Below are positions 58,075 through 64,000 of a stretch of 64,000 nt of DNA, piece after piece (the first letter of the stretch is position 1; the number at the start of each line of letters is the position of its first letter). This stretch comes from Candidatus Eiseniibacteriota bacterium. GTDB lineage: Bacteria; Eisenbacteria; RBG-16-71-46; JAFGJU01. The notes beneath the pieces were generated by a model. That model was given only the letters and a program-made list of their open reading frames with translations, was not told where the DNA came from and did no database searches. The position numbers were made by a program, and so were the translations under genes. The stretch covers positions 1,900,047-1,964,046 of the forward strand of contig CP070702.1 of the NCBI GenBank assembly GCA_020349905.1, read 5' to 3'.

Positions 58075-59441
58075 AGTACACCCACTTTCTCCAGGTGCTC
58101 CAGAGTTAGCGAGGAGGCGACCGGTCTGGAACGGAAGAAGGTTCGTGCTTCGCGCCCTCGCTCGCCACGCTCCTCGGGCGAGGCGGCCAACCTGGACACT
58201 TCACGCTCCACGTCAGAGGAGTCCCGTACCGTCAACAAAGCTCCGGAGTTGCCGAGCGCCACGCAATCGTCCTCAATGTTCTCCCTGGAAGGCCCGGCGA
58301 GTATCGGCAGACCAGCTGCCGCGGGCTCCAGCACGTTGTGGCCTCCGTGGCCCGAAAGTGTGCCTCCAATGAACGCGATGTCCGACTCCCGGTATGCGGC
58401 CACCAGTTCACCGATGGTGTCAAGCACCAGGACTTCGGTTCCCTCTCCGGGGACCGCAACCACCGCCTGTGGCCTGCCCCCTGAGGGCTGGGCCCTGAGG
58501 CTGCTCAGCTCTGCGGTCGCAAGACCGAAAGACCTCGCCACCCTGGATACGTGAGAGGACCGTTTGAGATGTCTGGGGGCCAGGACGAGGCGAAGTTCGG
58601 CCACCTTCTGTTTGGCCCGGGCGAAGCCTTCGCAGATTATCCGCTCCTCCCCCGGTCGCGTGCTTCCGGCCGTGAGAACCACGTCGGACTCAGACCAGCC
58701 CGTGCGCTGCCTCAGCGCCAGCTTCCCGCACGGAGGAAGTTGCGCGTCCTGCTTCGTGCTGCCTGTCACGAACATGCGTTCCCGCGAGACCCCCAGGCTC
58801 TCGTAGTTGAGCGCCTGTCTCTCGCTCTGCACCATGACCGCATCCAACTTGCGCAGGAGGGGTTCGAAGATGAATTTGAATCTCCTGTATCCCCTGAGCC
58901 CGGCGGCGCTGAGCTTGCCGTTCACAATTGCCACCTTCATGTCCCTCTTCTTGGCCTCCAGGATGAGAGACGGCCAGAGTTCAGTCTCGACAAGCAGAAG
59001 CGCGTCGGCCTTTATGCGCTCAAGCGCAGCTGCCACCACGAACGGGACGTCGAGCGGCAGGAAGAAAAAGTGTGATGGTTGACTCAGGGAAGCCCTGGCC
59101 ACCGACTGCCCCGCGAAGGTCATCGTGGAGAAGACGACCTCCACTCCGTACTTGCGATGCATCTCCTTGACAAGCCTGGTGGCTGCCCTCACCTCGCCCA
59201 CGGAGGAGGCGTGGACCCAGATCCTGGAAGGTTCATGCGCTTGCCTCGGAAGCAGACGGGGCACGAGCCCCAACATCCCTCTCCAGCGCTCGGAACGAGC
59301 CAGCAGGCCGAGCCCCAGGATGGGGCTGACGATGAAGAAGGCGACCGTCACGGCAAGTCTGTATGCAAGAGGTCCGAAATTGCCTGCTATTGAACCCAAT
59401 TTTGCCCTTCGCTTTCGAATGACGGGTCCCGAGCGTTGCAC
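58071..59441 (-). CDS. waaA: 3-deoxy-D-manno-octulosonic acid (Kdo) transferase
   Basis: N-terminal TM then 'IWVHASSVGEVRAATRLVKEM' characteristic of KdtA; 4-nt overlap with lpxK. Confidence 0.85.
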   Translation of the reverse strand: MQRSGPVIRKRRAKLGSIAGNFGPLAYRLAVTVAFFIVSPILGLGLLARSERWRGMLGLVPRLLPRQAHEPSRIWVHASSVGEVRAATRLVKEMHRKYGVEVVFSTMTFAGQSVARASLSQPSHFFFLPLDVPFVVAAALERIKADALLLVETELWPSLILEAKKRDMKVAIVNGKLSAAGLRGYRRFKFIFEPLLRKLDAVMVQSERQALNYESLGVSRERMFVTGSTKQDAQLPPCGKLALRQRTGWSESDVVLTAGSTRPGEERIICEGFARAKQKVAELRLVLAPRHLKRSSHVSRVARSFGLATAELSSLRAQPSGGRPQAVVAVPGEGTEVLVLDTIGELVAAYRESDIAFIGGTLSGHGGHNVLEPAAAGLPILAGPSRENIEDDCVALGNSGALLTVRDSSDVEREVSRLAASPEERGERGREARTFFRSRPVASSLTLEHLEKVGVL

Positions 59442-59519
59442 GTCTAAGGAACCGGCCCGGGTGCCTGTCCCTGGCCGCTCTGCCCAACTGGGGACCCTTC
59501 GGAGAACCTGGCGCGAGAG

Positions 59520-60665
59520 TCAAGACCCCACGGCCGGCAGCATGCTCAGAGCCAGAGCAGCGGCCCTCTGTGAAGCCCCCGGCCGTCCAAGGGAGCTCTC
59601 TACCAGGGCCAGACTTGCGATAAGCTCCCGTCTCTTCTCTTCGTCGAAGACCAGCTCTCCCAGTTCCTCCGAGATCCTCGACGGGTCGATGTCGTTCTGA
59701 AGATACTCAGAAACTATCTTCTTCCCGGCAACAATGTTCACCAGGCCTATTGTGTCAATCGCCACCAGTCTCCTGGCGATCGCCCACGAAAGAGGAGACA
59801 CACGATAGACGATTACCATCGGAGTCCCCAGAATCGCTGCTTCCAGCGTGGCGGAACCCGATGCGATGACGGCCGCGCTAGAGACGTAGAGCAACTCAGA
59901 ACTTCTCCCCTCCAGGACGCGCACCGGCAGATCTAGCTTGGCTATCATCTTCTTTATCTCGCTCGACAGGGCACCGTCGGCCGCGCACACGGCCAGCTCC
60001 ACCGACCGCTTCTCACTCAATTTGACGCCCGCGGCAAGCATGCTGGGCAGAAGCCTGCGCACCTCCTGCCGCCTGCTTCCGGGCAGAAGGGCCACCACCG
60101 GAAGCTCGGACGAAAGGCCCAGCCTTCGTCGCACCTCCGCCTTCTCTCCTTCGACGCGCACCGATTCCAGGAGAGGGTGCCCCACAAATTCTACCTCCAG
60201 TCCGTGGCCCCGAAAGAAATCCACCTCGAACGGAAACACGACCGCTATTCTGTCAATGTTCGACGCCATGAACTTGACTCTGCCCTGGCCCCACGCCCAC
60301 ACCTGGGGAGCGATGTAGTACATCACCGGAATGCCCAGGCGTTTCGCGTACCTGCAAAGTCTGAGATTAAAGCCGGGAAAATCGACGGCAATAAGTAGTT
60401 GTGGGCGCTCATGTTTCATCAGTTTCTTCAACTTCCACATGAGGCCTATGAACGAATGCAGTTTCGAGATCACCTCTGTGAATCCCATCACTCCCATGTG
60501 CTCCAGCGAGACCACCATGGTGGTCCCTGCCTCGCGCATCCTGGGACCCCCCACCCCCAGCACCTCAAGGTCCGGGGCCTTGTCTCTCAACGCACGCACC
60601 AGCCTGGAGGCGTGAAGGTCACCGGAAGGCTCCCCGGCCACCACCAGGACTTTTCGTCGATTCAC
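59520..60665 (-). CDS. lpxB: Lipid-A-disaccharide synthase
   Basis: 'KVLVVAGEPSGDLHASRLVRAL' canonical LpxB N-terminus; start set to GTG 60665 overlapping the upstream TGA (GTGA); the longer ORF to 60911 is an unsupported extension. Confidence 0.85.
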   Translation of the reverse strand: MNRRKVLVVAGEPSGDLHASRLVRALRDKAPDLEVLGVGGPRMREAGTTMVVSLEHMGVMGFTEVISKLHSFIGLMWKLKKLMKHERPQLLIAVDFPGFNLRLCRYAKRLGIPVMYYIAPQVWAWGQGRVKFMASNIDRIAVVFPFEVDFFRGHGLEVEFVGHPLLESVRVEGEKAEVRRRLGLSSELPVVALLPGSRRQEVRRLLPSMLAAGVKLSEKRSVELAVCAADGALSSEIKKMIAKLDLPVRVLEGRSSELLYVSSAAVIASGSATLEAAILGTPMVIVYRVSPLSWAIARRLVAIDTIGLVNIVAGKKIVSEYLQNDIDPSRISEELGELVFDEEKRRELIASLALVESSLGRPGASQRAAALALSMLPAVGS

Positions 60666-61693
60666 CTCGGCTGATCTCCCACCGGCGGCTCCTCCGTCTG
60701 GAAGGAGAGAGCTTCGATTCCCTCTCTGATCTTCTCGCTGACTCTCAGAGCTGCCTCCATGGCCCGCAGTCCCGCCGTTCCGTCCACGGGCGGCTTCTCC
60801 CCGGTCAGGGCGCATCTGACGAAACACTCCATCTCCAGCCTCAGGGGTTCCTCCCCTCCGGCAGTAATCTTCCGCCTGACGATGCCAGGAGCAATCTCCG
60901 TCTCTTCCCACCCCGCGGCCCCGTTTTCGGACCTGACCGGGGCGCCCTTTCTATAGACCTCTGCCTTGCCTGCCAGGCAATCGATGGAGATGTAGGAATC
61001 TCGTCCAAAGAACCTTATCTTCCGCAGTCTCTCCTTGGATACCCTGCTCGCGGTCAGATTGGCGACCGCGCCGTTCTCGAAGAGAATTCGAGCGTTCGCG
61101 ATGTCCACGTTGGAGGACAGAATAGGGACTCCCGTCGCCTCCACCGAACGAACGTCGCTGTGCACGGTGGCCAGGACCAGGTCGATATCATGTATCATCA
61201 GGTCCAGGATGACGTCCACGTCGGTGCTGCGCCCCAAGAAGGCGGAGAGCCTGTGTCCCTCTATGAAGAGCGGCTGGCGTATCAGAGACAGAGAGGCCTG
61301 CACCACCGGATTGAAGCGTTCCACGTGCCCGGTCTGGACAATCACGGAGTGTCTTTCGGAGAGCTCGATCAGGGCTCGCGCCTCTTCGACGGTTGCAGTC
61401 AGCGGCTTTTCCACCAGGACGTGGATGCCAGAGGACACACATTCGGAAGCAACCGCGAAATGCGCCGTGGTGGGAACGGCCACAGTGACAGCGTCTGCCG
61501 CGGAAATCATCTCCCGGAGGGACGAGAAGGCCCTGGTGTCCGTCTCTTCTGCGACCTTCCTGCCAACGTCGGGATTCTTGTCGTAAACTCCGACGAGCTC
61601 CGCCTGTCCCAGCGAGGCGACCACACGAGCGTGCTGCCTGCCGAGGTGACCTACCCCAGCCACACCTACTCTCAGCCGTCCTGATTCACTCAC
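60662..61693 (-). CDS. Gfo/Idh/MocA-family NAD-dependent oxidoreductase embedded in the lpx cluster (GnnA-like candidate)
   Basis: Rossmann N-terminus 'RVGVAGVGHLGRQHARV', 'EKPLTATVEEARALIE' family signature. Confidence 0.8.
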   Translation of the reverse strand: MSESGRLRVGVAGVGHLGRQHARVVASLGQAELVGVYDKNPDVGRKVAEETDTRAFSSLREMISAADAVTVAVPTTAHFAVASECVSSGIHVLVEKPLTATVEEARALIELSERHSVIVQTGHVERFNPVVQASLSLIRQPLFIEGHRLSAFLGRSTDVDVILDLMIHDIDLVLATVHSDVRSVEATGVPILSSNVDIANARILFENGAVANLTASRVSKERLRKIRFFGRDSYISIDCLAGKAEVYRKGAPVRSENGAAGWEETEIAPGIVRRKITAGGEEPLRLEMECFVRCALTGEKPPVDGTAGLRAMEAALRVSEKIREGIEALSFQTEEPPVGDQPR

Positions 61694-61829
61694 GTTCTAC
61701 CACTCCTTGAGTCATTCGCGTTGTCTCAGCTGGAACAAGAGGCCGGCGGCACCTGTCCTGCAACACGGCCTCTAATCGACATCTGAATCATCCGTCAGCG
61801 GAGAAGAAAGGTCTACGGGATGATATCGC

Positions 61830-62603
61830 TCAGCTGGAGATTCCCCTGTCGGACTGACGGACGAAATCCAGGAAATGCTCCACCTCGGGAAAGGGGTGCA
61901 GTTCAGACGTGGCTCTCTCGACCGCCTGACTGGTGTTCAGACCTGACCTGTAGAAGAGGCGGTGCAGTCTCTTCAGCTCGAGCCTGACATCTGGGGGAAA
62001 TCCACGCCTCAGCAATCCGACCGAGTTGAGCCCCACCACTCTGAGAGGGTTGCCGGCGGCCCTTACATACGGCGGAACGTCCTTCGGGACCCTGGAACCC
62101 CCGCCTATGAAGGCGTGCCGTCCTATCTTCACGAACTGGTGCACCGGGGTCACGCCTCCGACTATGGCGTTGTCATCGATGACGACGTGGCCCGCGAGGT
62201 TTACCGCGTTGGCCAGGATGACGTTGTCCCCGATTATGCAGTTGTGGGCCACGTGTACGTATGCCATGAGAAGATTGTCGTTTCCGATCCTGGTCTCCTC
62301 TCCCTCGTTAGTGGCCCTGTTTATCGTGACGAACTCGCGGATCGTGTTTGAGTCGCCTATGTCAACGAGGCTGGGAGCGCCGCGGTATTTAAGGTCCTGG
62401 GGTGGAGTACCCACGACCGCGTGGTGGAGGATACGACAGTTTCTTCCTATTCTGATGGGACCTTCCACGACCACGCCACTTCCCAGGACGGTCCCGGAGC
62501 TCAGCTCTGCCCGCCCTGAGATGACGCAGTAAGGGCCCACGATCACGTCTTCTGCTATTGTTGCCTCAGGATCCACGACGGCGGTGGGGTGAACTTGAGG
62601 CAT
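61830..62603 (-). CDS. lpxA: Acyl-ACP--UDP-N-acetylglucosamine O-acyltransferase
   Basis: Left-handed beta-helix hexapeptide repeats, 'IHPTAVVDPEATI', 257 aa. Confidence 0.9.
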   Translation of the reverse strand: MPQVHPTAVVDPEATIAEDVIVGPYCVISGRAELSSGTVLGSGVVVEGPIRIGRNCRILHHAVVGTPPQDLKYRGAPSLVDIGDSNTIREFVTINRATNEGEETRIGNDNLLMAYVHVAHNCIIGDNVILANAVNLAGHVVIDDNAIVGGVTPVHQFVKIGRHAFIGGGSRVPKDVPPYVRAAGNPLRVVGLNSVGLLRRGFPPDVRLELKRLHRLFYRSGLNTSQAVERATSELHPFPEVEHFLDFVRQSDRGISS

Positions 62604-62627
62604 AGTCTCCTCTGGCGAGCTGAGGAA

Positions 62628-63947
62628 TCAGCGATCCACGATGGTAGAAAGTAGATCTGCCTCCGCCACCAGCTCCCCGTCTACAAAGGCCTTCCCCTTC
62701 ATCTTGCAGATCTTGTGTCTGAGTCGCACGAGCTCCAGTTCGAATCTGAGTTGATCACCGGGCAGAACAGGCTTCCTGAATTTCGCGTTGTCTATCCCCA
62801 TGAAATAGACCAGCTTCTCCCTCGGATCATCGACCGTGCTGAGAAGAAGCACCCCTCCCACCTGTGCCATTGCCTCGATGATGAGAACGGCAGGCATGAT
62901 CGGATGGCCAGGGAAGTGCCCCTGGAAGAACGGCTCGTTGATAGTGACGTTCTTGATGCCCACCACCCGCTTCCTGTCCTCCAGCTCAAGGATTCTATCC
63001 ACCAGGAGAACAGGGTACCTGTGGGGCATTATCTGCTGTATCGCGTCTATGCCGAGATGGCCCCTGCCTCCCCTCGAGGGAAGACCCAGAAAGCCGTCCG
63101 GCTTGATCTGTTCGTTGAGTTTCTTGACGAATTTCACGTTGCTCTCGTGACCGGACCTGACCGCTATGAAGTGCCCCATCAGAGGTCTACCGAGAAGGAA
63201 CAGGTCACCCAGGAAATCCAGAATCTTATGACGCACGAACTCGTTGGCGAACCTGAGGGGCTCGTCGTCCATGATTCCGTCGTCCTGAACCACGACCGCG
63301 TTCTCTGGGCTGCCCCCCTTGATCAAGCCTCGAGCCCTTAGTTCGTCCACGTCCTTGAAAAGGACGAAGGTCCTCGCCGGAGCGATCTCGTCGGCAAAGA
63401 CCTCGTCATCGAGCTCAAAAGAGGCGTGCTGCGTTCCGACCCAGGGATTCTCGTACTCTATGGTGAAACTTATCTTGAGACCGTTATAAGGAACGGCGAG
63501 AAGCTCCACGTCGTCATCCTGTAGAAACACCGGCTTCGTTACCTTGAAGTACTTCTTCGGCGCGCTCTGCTTCACCAGGCCGGCGCCCCTCAGAAGCTCG
63601 ACGAAAGGAGCGGCACTCCCATCGGCGGCTTCGGCGGCCTCCAGGGAATCCAGCTCGATTATGACGTTGTCAATGCCCAGACCCGCCAGCGTCGCCAGGA
63701 TGTGCTCGACGGTGTGTACCTCGGTCGAGCCGTCTGCGAGTATCGTTCTCCGTCCTGCAGAATCCTCGTACTTGGCGTTCTTCGCGCTCACGAGAACCTC
63801 GGGCCTTCCGGGCAGGTCTATCCTTACGAATCGGATTCCGTGGTCCACCGGAGCGGGCTTGAAAGTGGCAACACATTTCCGCCCGGTGTGGAGACCCGTA
63901 CCCTCGTAGGACACCTCTCTTTCAATCGTCCTTTGATGCTTCAGCAT
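62628..63947 (-). CDS. lpxC/fabZ: Bifunctional UDP-3-O-acyl-GlcNAc deacetylase / 3-hydroxyacyl-ACP dehydratase (LpxC-FabZ fusion)
   Basis: N-terminal LpxC '[17 protein letters not shown]...HTVEHILA'; C-terminal FabZ hot-dog '[23 protein letters not shown]'. Confidence 0.9.
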   Translation of the reverse strand: MLKHQRTIEREVSYEGTGLHTGRKCVATFKPAPVDHGIRFVRIDLPGRPEVLVSAKNAKYEDSAGRRTILADGSTEVHTVEHILATLAGLGIDNVIIELDSLEAAEAADGSAAPFVELLRGAGLVKQSAPKKYFKVTKPVFLQDDDVELLAVPYNGLKISFTIEYENPWVGTQHASFELDDEVFADEIAPARTFVLFKDVDELRARGLIKGGSPENAVVVQDDGIMDDEPLRFANEFVRHKILDFLGDLFLLGRPLMGHFIAVRSGHESNVKFVKKLNEQIKPDGFLGLPSRGGRGHLGIDAIQQIMPHRYPVLLVDRILELEDRKRVVGIKNVTINEPFFQGHFPGHPIMPAVLIIEAMAQVGGVLLLSTVDDPREKLVYFMGIDNAKFRKPVLPGDQLRFELELVRLRHKICKMKGKAFVDGELVAEADLLSTIVDR

Positions 63948-64000
63948 CCTCTTTCTCTCTCTCCAGGCCTTGCACTCGCTTGTCCAGCTCCTTGAACTGC

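Noticed and set aside
63926-64000. Partial minus-strand ORF at the window edge upstream of lpxC-fabZ (reads ...[25 protein letters not shown])
   Set aside because: Only ~25 codons are visible. It could be the 3' end of lpxD or an OmpH/Skp-like gene, but it is too short to assign.
1-64000. tRNA/rRNA genes, CRISPR arrays, transposases, integrases, reverse transcriptases
   Set aside because: No T-loop-like GGTTCGAATCC contexts and no regularly spaced direct repeats were seen in the sequence. No translations with DDE/tyrosine-recombinase/RT motifs were found either.

Overview
This is a 64-kb, visibly GC-rich bacterial window. It is densely packed with genes and riddled with long spurious antisense ORFs, as expected for high-GC DNA. 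Its content points to a diderm (outer-membrane-bearing) bacterium, probably of the Fibrobacteres-Chlorobi-Bacteroidetes (FCB) superphylum or a related candidate lineage. The evidence is a complete lipid A/LPS core operon, a fused LpxC-FabZ gene, ExbB-ExbD-ExbD-TonB, a TolC-dependent tripartite ABC pump, and a secreted protein carrying a T9SS/FlgD-type C-terminal sorting domain.

Coordinates 1-12,900 are mostly on the minus strand. They hold two M16 zinc peptidases (the second fused to a LolA-like domain), a TMTC/PMT-like GT-C glycosyltransferase with TPR repeats, a 969-aa secreted 14-repeat protein, an OPT oligopeptide transporter, a CPBP protease and an LplA-family ligase.

Coordinates 13,048-20,053 hold an eight-gene minus-strand operon built around a GlmL/MutL-family ASKHA ATPase and a tandem-duplicated pair of membrane proteins. 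It has no recognisable B12-mutase partner. I regard it as the most novel element in the window.

Coordinates 20,111-24,520 are the glycine cleavage operon gcvT-gcvH-gcvPA-gcvPB.

Coordinates 24.8-28.3 kb carry small accessory genes running into uvrA.

Coordinates 28.2-40.8 kb form one long translationally coupled operon: TolC, HlyD, ABC ATPase, 2x FtsX, a 1218-aa periplasmic TPR protein, UvrA.

Coordinates 40.9-45.8 kb hold Yip1, TonB-ExbD-ExbD-ExbB and asnS.

Coordinates 45.9-48.9 kb (plus strand) hold a TPR/zinc-ribbon membrane protein and a DUF4388 protein.

Coordinates 48.9-64.0 kb hold an LPS operon: ubiA-like, gmhB, a WaaC-WaaF fusion, msbA, nadB, lpxK, kdtA, lpxB, a GnnA-like oxidoreductase, lpxA and lpxC-fabZ.

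I saw no rRNA, tRNA, CRISPR array, transposase or integrase. All calls rest on motif-level reading of the supplied translations. No database search was run.
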